From contig NW_021835996.1 of NCBI RefSeq assembly GCF_006345805.1, positions 248,001 to 312,000 on the forward strand: a stretch of 64,000 bases of DNA. The letters run 5' to 3'. The translations under genes and the position numbers were made by a program. This document shows, one piece after another, positions 50,111 to 61,679 of the stretch. Position 1 is the stretch's first letter, and every line of letters begins with the position of its first letter. This stretch comes from Octopus sinensis (lineage: Eukaryota). The notes beneath the pieces are model-generated. The model searched no databases. It had not been told where the DNA came from and worked only from the letters and a program-made list of their open reading frames with translations.

Positions 50111-51163
50111 TTAGTCATTTTTAGTACGCGGCATCCAAATTCCAGGACTGTAGAAGGAATTTATGTCTTTTACAATCTGTGCAAAACATTCCTTATAGTT
50201 CTGTATTTGTTTTCGCCACATAAATTCTGAAAAAATAACTAACTAAAAAAACCTGCGAAATAAGATCCCAGATGATGTCTTACAGCTCCTCTTTGAGCTT
50301 TATTCTTGCATTTTGCACTTCCCCACATTCGTTCTACTGTCTGGGTGTGCACTCCCGTCGTTGGATCCACAAAGAATTTTCTGAATATATTATATTTCCT
50401 TACTTATGGTTAACGGTTTCGTGTGTGTAGCCGTTTTCAACCAATTGATCAGTTGAATACCCTAAATGTTAATCAAATAATGCTAACCTTTCCAGCAGTC
50501 ACTATAAATAATGCTTCCCACCTCGACATATCGAATTACTAGACTGAGCAGTGTTTCTCTGCTCCTATCCGCGACTGGTTGCAGAAAACACTGTTTGGTG
50601 GCTCGACAAATACCACCGAAGACCCACTGTTTTGGTAAAACTCTTCCAGAGTTGTTTTTCCGTTTGGAAAACATACTCTCGTCTACCTCCACAATCATAC
50701 CAGGACCACCTGAAATAAACATTAATAATACCAATTTTGCCGTCAGATCTTTTAACAAGTGCGTCCACACAGACTTCACGTAAAAACATAGCCCAATCGA
50801 CATATGTATGTTCACCCCAATTGTATTCGTGATGAAGCCATTTGAAGGTATGCCTATCGTAACTCCATAAGTATATGTAGGCGATGACATCCTCAAATGG
50901 CAATCTACAATTCTCTAACCAGGTATCTAGAATTATTTGAGAGAAATTATACCTTTTTTAATAGAACATTGGACTCTACAACCAACTCTTGAGCATTTCC
51001 AATTGAGCTTCGGTCCCAAGACTAATTCCATCTGATGTCCCTTCGGACATATACGTGATTTTGAAAGGATATCCACATTTTGCAGAAAATGCACTGCATC
51101 CTCCTTACTTATTGGGAGCTGTCGGAATTTGATGTTGCATAAGTCCACAACAGAATTTTCCAT
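50111..51163 (-). CDS. Intact Merlin/ISXO2-like (IS1595 family) DDE transposase, 309 aa, 6 exons
   Basis: Introns 50952-50927, 50731-50710, 50487-50462, 50403-50381 and 50252-50227 give a 930-nt open frame with a Zn ribbon, VEVDES, WVFGG, YSDCWKGY, VNHKKFFVDPTTGVHTQTVERMW and YFAEFMWR. Confidence 0.9.
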
Positions 51164-51538
51164 GTGACCTATAGTGCCAGTTTATATCAATATTAGGTAC
51201 ATGCTCGCCATAATATTAAAAAAATTAGAAAATAAATTAAGGTCTTCAATTCCGTGTTCAATGATCTGATACGGATAATTGTATCAGAAGATATTCGGTT
51301 TGATTTCTTGAGGCGATTTCTTTCCTTGGCAAAAAAATCTTTTATTATAAATAAAAGATATCTATTCAAGGGTTAAAATGTCAATTTGGGATTGACAATC
51401 GAAAAGATAATTTTTCAAAGAGCCGAATCTTAGTGCTCAACATATATATTTTGAGAGATATGCATCTTTGACTGTGATTACTTACTGCAAAAATTAGAAT
51501 TAATTAGGTTAGTTAATAATTTTTTTTTAGAAAATGAT

Positions 51539-54500
51539 CGTGTGATTTATAAAAGTAAAAAGATAGCTAAGCTAATTAATAAAGACACCCGGCCAGCCTC
51601 GCGAATGGCGAAGCCGTTCCCTCGGATCACAGCAATCGACAGACGTTCCAGGAGCCAAGAATACTCTCTTGGATCGTGGCTTGTCCTTGAAATCCGTCGA
51701 CCGAGCGAGCGAAGGAAGCGGAGTGTCTTGGAGCCGAAGGTCCCGGATGACTCCACGGCGATTGAAGTAAAGAACAGCGAGTTGGAGAGGTGGCCGTACT
51801 TGAGAATCTTTCGGTCCTTGGCCTGCCTCGAAGCGTGCCCAGGATTGGGGGCGGACAGTGCGAGATTTCCCAACGAGAACGTGTCCGAACAGGTAGAATC
51901 CCAAATAAGCGATTTCCCCTGCTCGTATGGAAACGGGGAAATGCCATCTGGGCGTTTGTTATCCCTTCTATCCAGTCCAACAGGTTCAAGGATTGACGGG
52001 ACGCCAGCTGAAGCGAGGGCTCTCTGTATGATCGAGTTGAGTTCACTGTGACGAGGGACACGACCGGCACTCCGACGGCAAGCGAGGGAGTGTAAACCGT
52101 ACTCGTCAACAGTTCCCCCACAGCGGCATTTGTGCGTCTGGTAGATTTTCAGCCCGACACGAAGAGAGATTGCGATTCTTAGGTATTCCTTGTCCACAAG
52201 GTTGCCGATGGAAGGGAGAGGGAGAGCCTTTAACCAAACACCGCTGCCTTCGCAGCGACCTGCACGGAAGCAAGCAACACGGTGTTGATTGGAGACAGGA
52301 AGGAGGCCTTCGAAAATTGCCTGACAAGAAATTTCGTTCCATTGACGCTGTACAGATTGAGAATTGGGCATCTTCGAACCAAACCGAGCCTCCCACCGAC
52401 CACGGGCTGCAGAGTAATCTTCAGACAATTTCCGTTCGGGGAGGTTTTTAAGAACGATGTCTGAGAAAGTACGAGAAGCGTAGTGGGCGGATAGGAATGC
52501 GGGAAAGGCAAGATCAGAATAGGATCTCAAGACAAGGCCGCCCCGCGCACAGGCAGGAATGCCTGAGTCCAGCCTGGATCGTCGAAAGCCAGATTGCAAA
52601 GAGAGCTCGTATCGAGCCTGAGGATATTGTCAAGGTCAGAAAGAAGGTCGTCTCTTTGAAAGCAGGGTGCACATCTTAGGGTGTAAAGGATCTTAGGGAC
52701 GGAAAAGTGGTTTCGGAGAAGGAAAAGAGCCACATGAGGCTCGATAACTTTAAGCTTCTCGATCATTTTGGATAAGTGGGAAATTTTTCCAGCGAGTGAG
52801 CATTCGAGGGCAGAAGGCCCCATGGGGGCACCAAGGATCATAAGATTTGATTTGTCCGTAATCCGAACGTCTGAAAGAATGCCTCGGGACGTGGAAGTTG
52901 CAGCAGTGAACCGCCTGATTCGGATTTAAACACGATTTCGGATTTATCGGCATTTATAGATAGGCCGATATCCGAGAGGGAAGGGAGGATAGAACGAAGG
53001 TCGTCAAAAACAGCATCGGGGGGACCGCAAATGGTTGCGTCATCAAGATACCATATGTTAACTGGGGATCGAACGGAGTGAGCGATGCTGCTAACGCCCA
53101 AGGCAAAAAGGACAGGACCCAGGGGATCGCCCTGTTGGACCCCGGTGGCCGAAAAGATGGGAACATCGTCAAACATAAGGATACTCGGAGAAGCGTATGA
53201 GAGATGTACGAGGGGATAAGTGAACAGAACCAGTTCGCGGCAGCACTCCAGTAGGTGGTCACGTCTGATGTAATTGAAAGCGTTTGAGACGTCTAGTTTA
53301 ACCATGATAGCCGACTGGGAAGATTCGATGAGTTCACGAATCGAATGAACGGCCGCTTTGCAGCCGTTTGGGGCACCGACCCCGAGCTAGGCGAGGAGAA
53401 ACTCTTGAGACAAAAAAGGACAATTGCGTGGCACAGAAGTTTGGCAGAGAGCCTCCAAAAGATATTCACAACGGCAATAGGTCTCACGCCGTTGTCCTTT
53501 TTCCCAAGGGCAGTAAGGTTGGCGGAAAAGAAAATCCCACGTGCAAAGTCAGGGAGAGAGCCGAAGAGGAAACGGTTGCACAGGTTGGTAATTGAGCGTA
53601 ACAACCTCCGTACAGCTTCGGCGGTGGTGGGAGAAGTCAGATCTTTTAGATGACCAGGCCTCAGGCCGTCTACTCCACCGCTGCTTCCTGGGGAAAAATT
53701 CCTCAAGGCTTTCAGTACGAGGTCTTCCAAGACCACGAAGGGATTGACAGCGAGAGTGGCAGAAGGCGGCTGAGGTCTGAAGTCGTGGGGCAGAGAGAGA
53801 TGTTTTTCTTGAGAGATTTCAGGACGGCGAATGTCAATGACAAAAGGGAACTCGACAGCACCGCGGACATCGCCGTCCATAAGTTTGCAATTAACTTTTC
53901 TGTAGAGGTAGTCGTCATCGTACGGAGCTGCAGTCAGATTTAGGGAGGTTGAGCCGAAAGGAGGCTCTGAATTGGCAAGATAGACCTGGAGCCAGCCAGG
54001 AGAAAAACAGTTCCCGTCGTACGAGGACAGTTCATGTTTGTTACTGGATGGGAGAAAGCCAAGGTCGAAAGAGGCAAAGTAGAACAACTTATGCCAATGA
54101 GATTCCCCGTCGGAGGCCAGAGCGTCGTCAATTGCGGTAGACAAAGAGGAAGCAGCTAGAATACGAGCAGCTTTTGGGATTCTGTGCGGGATTTGCCGGA
54201 GGCGGCGGAGGAGTTTGATGGATTTGAGAACAAAAGGGATAGAATGGGTCCCGAATATAGGGTCAGAGAAAGGGAAGGAATCAGCGGAACAGCGAGTGCC
54301 GAGAGTGGCAGTGGCGGATGGGGGGATGAAAGTAATGGGTGCCGGAAAGACAAGCGGGACAGACCCAAGATGGAATACGTTCCGAAGTGCGGCGGGAAAG
54401 GGAGACACAAGAAAGATGAAAGAACAGAGAACACGATGAGCAGGGACGGCCCTTCTTTCTTTTGTTAACCATGTTGTAAATTGAGCAGGGGGGAAACGGG

Positions 54501-54626
54501 ATTAAGAGTGGGATGAGAGACCACCATATGAAGGAATGAGAACAGAACGAATAATGGATAGAAAGAAATAGACAGAGAAAGATTAGATGAATAGGAAAGG
54601 ATTAGAGAGATCAGAAATATTAGCTC
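51539..54626 (-). mobile_element. Near full-length CRE-clade non-LTR retrotransposon (PHD-like finger, RT, CCHC, RLE), frameshifted
   Basis: 'CSSCSLFFHLSC...WVCPAC', GVDGLRP, VRPIAV, KLDVSNAFN, GVQQGDPLGP, WYLDD, 'CRCG...HSLAC...RH', KRPDG...WDSTC. Possible TSD AAAATGAT (51531-38, 54627-34). Confidence 0.88.
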
Positions 54627-54979
54627 AAAATGATTTCCCAAACAATTCAGTTTAGATTAAATAATCACATCCTTGTTATTCCTCCTCTTTAAGTTTCAAA
54701 TCATGGATAAATAAAACATGATTTGTAAAATCCTCAGAAATAGAGATGTATGTAATACTCTAATTTTTCCAAGTTATACACCAAATTAAGTTTAAGTCGA
54801 GTCCCTTAATCACATATCTAGATTCTATAGTGCCAAAAATAAGGTCACCTACCTGAATCACTTTGCGAATAGAGGATGAAGCGAACAGAAAAAGTTTAAT
54901 TAATATCTGGATTTGTATTGAAAAATATCACTTCCCGAAGAAACAATAACAAAATAAGTCATATTCCCACACGTGCCAC

Positions 54980-55440
54980 ACACGATACGATTTTCTTAAC
55001 CATTGTTTTCCAACTTTCGCGGTTTTGGGCCTGTCTGCGGGATTCGTCCACGTCATCGCAGTTTTTTGGAGTTTTCCCCGCAAAAATTATGTCTACTTTC
55101 AGAACAGTCGGCAGTGATGTTCTGGGCCGTCCACGAAATTTTGGTCCACCTGACAGGAATTATTTTTCCATTACCAGATGCAGTTGGTCCATTCTTAGGA
55201 TGTACTCGAATAATTTCCAGCGGTCGTCTATGATGTCACGCCCGATTGCACCGAGTTGCTGAGCCTGTCGAGGGATGAGTTGTTTATTTTCTAGAAATAG
55301 TGTACGCCATTTAAGACACGAAGCTGTTTTCTGTGAAAAGAGTCAAAATTCCTTAGTTCTGTGTCGGAAATGTCCCATGTAGATGAATTATAAATTACTA
55401 GCTCGACCAACCCTCAGTCTGTAGCTGGTGGAACTCCACG
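54980..55440 (-). mobile_element. RTE-like 3' fragment
   Basis: 'RWKLFEYILRM...FRGRPRTSLPTVL'. Confidence 0.6.
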
Positions 55441-55479
55441 GAGGCGAGGACAACTGCCAGCTAATAGATCGTGGTACCT

Positions 55480-55800
55480 AGTGATAATAGATCACACTTA
55501 TCCATTTACAGTGCAGGCCATAAGTGTAGATTTGTGGGAAATGGGGAAAAAATAGCTTGAACCAAACGCCAGGTAAAAGCCAGCGCAAAAAATTTGGCCA
55601 CAGTGACCCTGGCCGATTTTGGGATCCTGACCAGAGGAGGTTTCGCATCGAAAAGCTGATAAATCCAGACGGGGTAGGGAGGCCCCCTGAAATCGGGAAT
55701 GAGTGTTTGGGTAAACCAAGGCAACTCAAGCACTTCCAGCATTGGATAATAGCCGAGCTGGCCCTGGAGAGATCACGCAGGATAGGCGGAAATAGAAATT
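55480..55800 (-). mobile_element. CRE-type N-terminal fragment
   Basis: 'WKCLSC' and 'RIPKSARVTVA' parallel 'WVCPAC' and 'RIPKAARILAA' of the 51539-54626 element. Confidence 0.55.
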
Positions 55801-56128
55801 GGTTAATTGGTTAATATGAAATTCAAATATGTCGAAAGAATTTTATTCCTAAATTTAATGAGGTTATCTATGGATTTTAAAAAATTCTTGGTTGACGTTG
55901 TCTATATTCAATATATGGTTGAACAAAATTAATTGTGAATTGTGAACTAATAACGAAAAAGTAAAAAAAAACGCAGTTGGGCTGCATTTCCAAGACTATA
56001 AAAGAGTCTGAGGAAGATTTAAATGCAGGAATTACCTAGACAAAATTCAAATACGAAGAGGAAAAAAGAAAAAAATGAGAGAAATTATTAATTAGTTTAT
56101 TATTATTACTTAAGGGTTAGAATTAAAA

Positions 56129-56450
56129 TTAATGATAAAACTGATGTACAGTCATTATCACTAGCACGACCAGACCTACAGAATTGCATAAATATTTGTC
56201 CCAAAATTTACTTTGTAGAGTCAATTTTCTTGATGAACTTTGGGATGTTGGTGCTTTCGTAGTCACGGTTGCGGGGTTGACTACGGTTGCGGGATTGACC
56301 ACGGTTGCGGGATTGACCACGGTTGCGGGACTGTTTCCTTGAACGGGGGTGTCGGGGTTGACAATGTGAGGGGGTGGAGTCATTGACTGTAACAAACAAA
56401 ATAATGCTAGAAAATTATTTATCCAGTTTACAGAAAAAAATAATTTTCAT
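56129..56450 (-). CDS. Small orphan secreted or membrane-anchored protein with PATVVN repeats (98 aa, 2 exons)
   Basis: ATG 56450 and a 25-nt intron 56431-56407 give the signal-like MKIIFFSLFCLLQS, Pro/Thr-rich repeats and a hydrophobic C-terminus VGLVVLVIMTV. Confidence 0.7.
56264..56330 (-). repeat. 18-bp coding tandem repeat, about 3.7 copies
   Basis: Unit CCCGCAACCGTGGTCAAT (PATVVN). Confidence 0.9.
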
Positions 56451-56531
56451 TTGATATTAATCAAAAATTTGTCTTAAATATCAGAAAATATAGCGCAATT
56501 AAATTCATTTAATTTGAATTTAATGAGGTTA

Positions 56532-57557
56532 TAATGTGACCTCGAATTGGGAAAACCTTTCTTTTGGGGAAATATTTTTGCCATCCCTATAAAATACGAT
56601 GATTTTAATGAAATAAACCCCTACTGGTGGAAAAATTTTATATTATCAACCCGTTTCCTTAAATTTGTATTAATAATTTTAAAATTTATTTAACAAGGAA
56701 ATTTAGTTAATTAGTCAATTAACTTGTTAAAGTATATACCTTGAATATACCAGAATTTGCAAGGATATACCTTCGAGCAACGCTGCTCGTGCGAAGCCTG
56801 GATGACAAAAAATATTTTTGAAAATTGATTATCTCGATTTAACGAAGAAATGAGGAATAAAATAAGAAAAATAGCATTGTTAATTGACAATGCAACTTTT
56901 CATGTTTTCTGCCAAACTTTCAAACGTCACACAATATTTTTCCCAAAAAATACAAGTTCCTTTAAAAATCATTTCGATAAATGGATGATGATAACGATTA
57001 TCTATTATAAAAATTTTGCAGCACAAATAAATGAAGCATAAAGGGAATCATCTCATTGGATTCTATTTTATGTTCGAACTTGTCATGGGACGAGATTACA
57101 AACACATTAATACAACACTGCTTTGAAAAAGCTTTGGAAAAGAAGACATCGGAGAAAGTCTGATTGATTTTCGGATATTGTGGAAAGTGCGATTTTAGAG
57201 AGTTTCTGTGATGATAAAAGTAGTGATGAGAAGGACTACAGCGAACTGGAACATTTGGATGATCAACAAGCTATGAACAAAGCAGAATGCGCATTCACAA
57301 TGCTGCTAAATGTTATTAAACAAGAGACTCCGGAAAATGTACTTGGTCTATTCAGATTCAAAGCAAATATTATGAGTTCGATGATGCAAAAAAAACAAAA
57401 CACACGATTAAAACTAACAGATTTTTTTATTACAAAATATAAATTGTAGTTATCCGTCTTGGTTATATCATCAAAGTAAGCTAAATTTAAGGGAAACCCT
57501 CTTTTTGGGGAAAACCTCCAAATTGGGGAAAATTTTCTTCAATTCTGGGTCGCACTG
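56532..57557 (+). mobile_element. Degenerate Tigger/pogo element
   Basis: 'AWMT...RKIALLIDNATFH...FFPKNTS...KLTDFF'. Right end ...GGGTCGCACTG-TA with a degenerate left TIR and GGGGAAA subterminal repeats. Confidence 0.7.
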
Positions 57558-58289
57558 TATATCCGATATAGGTCACCAATTAATTTAAAAAAATAAAGAA
57601 AATCAATTTCTAGTCAAATCGGACCTTGTTATGACCCAGACCTCAGGTTGGGAGGGAATTGAAAGTTCTACAAGTCATATGGATATTTTGGATGTTGATA
57701 TAATTACAAGAATGCCTTAAAGGCGAAATAATAGAACGGACATCATTGATCCACTGACTGTGATTAATCATACGGAGAGAAACATATGTACTTTCTCCAG
57801 AACGATTAAATGATTTTTATTCCTTGGGGAAAAAAATAATGTCTAATTTACGGGGAAAAATTGTTCGAGAGAAAAGATTACAGATTACTTTTGAAAATTA
57901 TAATTCATCAATTGTTTATAATTTTTTTGCTAAAAAATACAGTTTAATACAAAAATATTACTGAACCTCGGTTTATGCGCCACCATCTTCATGAATTTGG
58001 CCTATTTTAGTTGCCAAGTAATGATTTAAAAATTTAACCTAATTAATGAACCTATTTAATAATGTGAACTAATTTTATCAAACAAGAAAATGTTCATTGG
58101 CGGATAGGGAAGACATTAACCTCGATTGTGGCCATAGAAACTCGTTCAGCTAAATACCCGTGCTCAGATTGGTCGCGGTAATTCTCTTTAAAATAAAACA
58201 ATCCACCGGAGCAGGTTTCGAGTAGAAATTCCCGGTATTCCTCACGTTCTCGACTCCCAGTGTGACATACACCCTGGATTTTTACATCC

Positions 58290-59450
58290 ACGGATTAAAT
58301 ATTAGCAACTCAGTCAACTTGTTCAAGGCTATAAACGAACATGCACTCTCGCTCTATAACTATTATATTAGATTGATTTATATTGAGCTTGAAGAATTCG
58401 AGCAGATCAATAAGAATATCCGTCGAATACTTATGGACAGTCATATCCAGTTGAAACCCGCAAACAAAGAAAGACTTTATCTTTCAAGAAAGGAATTTGG
58501 GAGAGGCGTGAAGTCAGTCAGTAATCAAGCGGAGAGAATGCTTCTTCAATTTTATGCTGATTTAAAACATAAGGCAAACTACTGGCTAAGAAGAGCAAGA
58601 ATTCTGAGGGTCATCAATTCAAAGAAAACGCATATGGCCATTATCGCGGAATTCTTGTCTCGAAAATACAATGAAAATGTAAATGAATTCAAAATATCGG
58701 ACCTGGTCAAAATTCAGCATGAAAAATCGAAAAGAAGCCCCTCCACTTTATTTTGTTCCAATTTCTAAAGAATACTGAAGTGGAAAGGTAATTCATGAAA
58801 GCAATTCTCCCAGACTGAAGCAAATCTGTGCCTGTTACAAAACCGAAACTTGTTTGTCAGCGACGGAAAGAATAAATGCAGCTACTGCAACTCATCCAAG
58901 AAGACCTTCGATCACCTTGCTACCAGATGTGGGCGAATTCTCAACGGCCTCTATCCTAGAAGCCATAACGCCATAATGCTTGCATTTACATCTATGTCGC
59001 CAATATGGAATTAAAAAATCAAAAAAATTAACCCATTCAGTCTAATCTGTTACCACCAATAATTTGTGGAAATCCGAGTCGATACAAACCTCCCGACTGA
59101 TAATGCTATCTCGAATAACAAGCCAGACATATTCGTGCATGACAAATCGAGCAACACAATTACTCTTATCGAGATGGGGATCACTTAACAAAATTGTCTC
59201 AAGCAGGTCGAAGTGAAAAAGTTATACGACATGCTAGCGAATGAACTTGGAGCGATCCGGAATAGTGTCAAAATTCTTCAAAAACCATCTGGGGATGCTT
59301 GGCGTGGAGAACAGGATGAAGCCATACATCCAGACACTGGTGTTGCGGAAGACCTTAGAAAGCATGCAAGCCGAGAGAGGACACGGGTTATTGATGCCTG
59401 TGAAGAGGTAGCCCCTGAATGCGCGTTGACATGAATATGCCCATCCGTGC
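58290..59450 (+). mobile_element. R4-like retrotransposon 3' half
   Basis: 'NSVNLFKAINEHALSLYNYY', 'KPANKERLYL', 'CSYC...DHLATRC' and 'NNKPDIFVHDK...LIEMGIT'. Confidence 0.82.
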
Positions 59451-59708
59451 ACTAAACGCGAAAGGTTGAAAAACGGAAATTAACTATTAATTATCTCGTT
59501 ATGCTAATGAAAGCCTAAATAAAAAATATTAACTAAATTGGCATTCTTCTCAACCGTTATTCAAAAGTTTTTACACTAATGGATTTGGCTCCCGTCAAAA
59601 GTTGACCCGCGCAGAAAAAATATCCCCTGCACATTTGCTCATAATTCTCCACCGAAACAAGCCTAGACAAAGATGGTTCCCCATAAGTAAAGAAAGGAAG
59701 GAATTGTA

Positions 59709-61365
59709 TTATAATTCATCACTAATGAAGGACTGGGCGAACACTTTGTGTGCCTCATCCTCATAGTCGACGGGAGGACATAGGGCGGGTGTAATGAGGA
59801 CAATGTAATAATGACAATATTCGGGTTCCTCAATGGACTTAATCTTAACCTCCAATCCACACACCAACTCCACCTAAACATGTGCCCAAATGAATGCCTG
59901 CGTCAAACGATAAGGTCCTCCATCACACCAGTCCCCATTCGCATACAACATGACTGACCCCTCCCAGGCAGACCACGACCTTGTCATTACTTACTCAATC
60001 AACCCCAAATTCACAGGAATGCGCGTGTTTAAATCATACTGCTTCACTGATATGAACGGACAGAGCTCGTACTCGAAGGATGATGTGAATGTGTAACATT
60101 TCCCCAACAACTCGAACAGTGCCCCATCCCCCAAATCAAGAGTGCCAGCCAACTCCACGTTTCTACCAATCACTCCAATTCACAACCGAATTGCCCTTTC
60201 CAACGACTCCTTTTCCACCACAATTCGAGACAATATTTTTTCCGCATACGAAAGCTCAGAGTCACGCGACTGACAATTATTTCCCCACCACTCATTGCAA
60301 TTCTCCTCGACTTGTTCACAAGTCAGTTCTGCGGAGGAATCATCGAAGACAGACTATGGGGACTCACCAGTACAGCCAAACCGCGGAAAGGTCGTCAATG
60401 TGGGTGCTGTGGGGGAACCAATCCAGCAAAACGTCATAAAAGTGTTGATAATCATATTGCGGTGACTCGCAAATATCCTTCAACTTTATTTGCAGCAAAT
60501 CTTGATATGATTTAACACATACAAACCACAAATTAGGTCGTCTCGTGTTCTGACGTGGCGCTGGCCATCCTCCGAATACCACTCGTCCCCTTCCACGAGT
60601 GAATGGCCCGTCGACGAACCGTCCTGACTGTCCTCCTCTCCAAACAGGACTTGAGTGGGACATTCAGCAGTCCCCGACTCCCTCAACTGATTCACACAGT
60701 CTACATACTCAAAATGACACAACTGGTATATGTCTCCTCCTTCTCCGACAATTCACTCAATCGGGTCTCCATTTGTCTCAATTTGGCCTACTTAGTGGGC
60801 AAGTGATGACTACTGGATCATTCACAGCACTTTGGGCGTATTTGAGAACATGTGCTTGCCGCAGTCGATATCCCTCATTCCGTTTGTCCACGTCCGATTT
60901 CAGCATCTCCAAATACTCTGCTTTGGCAGTGCTAAAATGGGGAATAGGACAAACGAGCAGGAATCGGGACACACAGTCCTCCCCCCGTTGTTGTACTCGT
61001 CCGAGCCATCACAGCAGTCTGAGATGTGAGGACAGGACAACCACACAATCCGTCGTTCACGTAAGCAGTCGGAATATCCTTTCCAAAAAAGTGTGTGTTT
61101 TCGCAGTGAAATGTCATATTTTGGGCAGAACATGCGGCAGTGCCTGGTTCGTCAGTCCCGTCGGAACAGTCGCAGAAGTCGTCGTTTATATATTCGTATG
61201 GCACTGTTTCTCCCGATCTGAGGCAAGTCCAGTTTTCACTCGATTTTTCATAAAACCCGCTTTCTGTCAAGTTGTGGCATAATTTTTATTACTTGCTTTC
61301 GGAACGCCGTAGAATGGAGCAATAGAACACGTGGAGAAACAAAGGACCCACAAGAGAGCGAACAT
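59709..61365 (-). CDS. PRKCSH: Glucosidase II beta subunit, multi-exon
   Basis: Signal peptide, 'INDDFCDCSDGTDEPGTAAC', 'VNDGLC|DCCDGSDE', MRH domain 'YELCPF...YANGDWCDGGPYR...VCG...EPEYCHY' and C-terminal SDEL*. Confidence 0.9.
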
Positions 61366-61679
61366 GACGTGTAGGAATCTATTTATTTATTTCAAAATGA
61401 ATAATTTACGAATAAAGAAGGTGGTAATAATATTTCGTATCATTTTCAACCTAGAAATGTAATTATCACACAAGTTTAGAATATGTGCATAAAAGTTATA
61501 AATTTAATTACTACATGACAATGATTTGCGTTTCCTTTTGTATTTTTACTTGAAGAAAGTAATATTTTAAAACATTTTGACTTTTAATTGCATAAAAAAT
61601 TATTTGGCTGTAATCCCCACACACGTTTCTTACCACGACTATTCGTTTTTAGCTGAAATAAATTTTTTTTCTTAGCTTC

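Noticed and set aside
51542-54468. Numerous + strand ORFs over the CRE element
   Set aside because: These are antisense shadows of a GC-rich retroelement ORF with no independent motifs.
56264-56330. Repeat array as a CRISPR-like structure
   Set aside because: Tandem 18-bp units without spacers, in frame in a eukaryotic gene, and no cas genes.
60089-61282. + strand ORFs of 116 and 227 aa
   Set aside because: Antisense to PRKCSH exons, with no recognisable domain.
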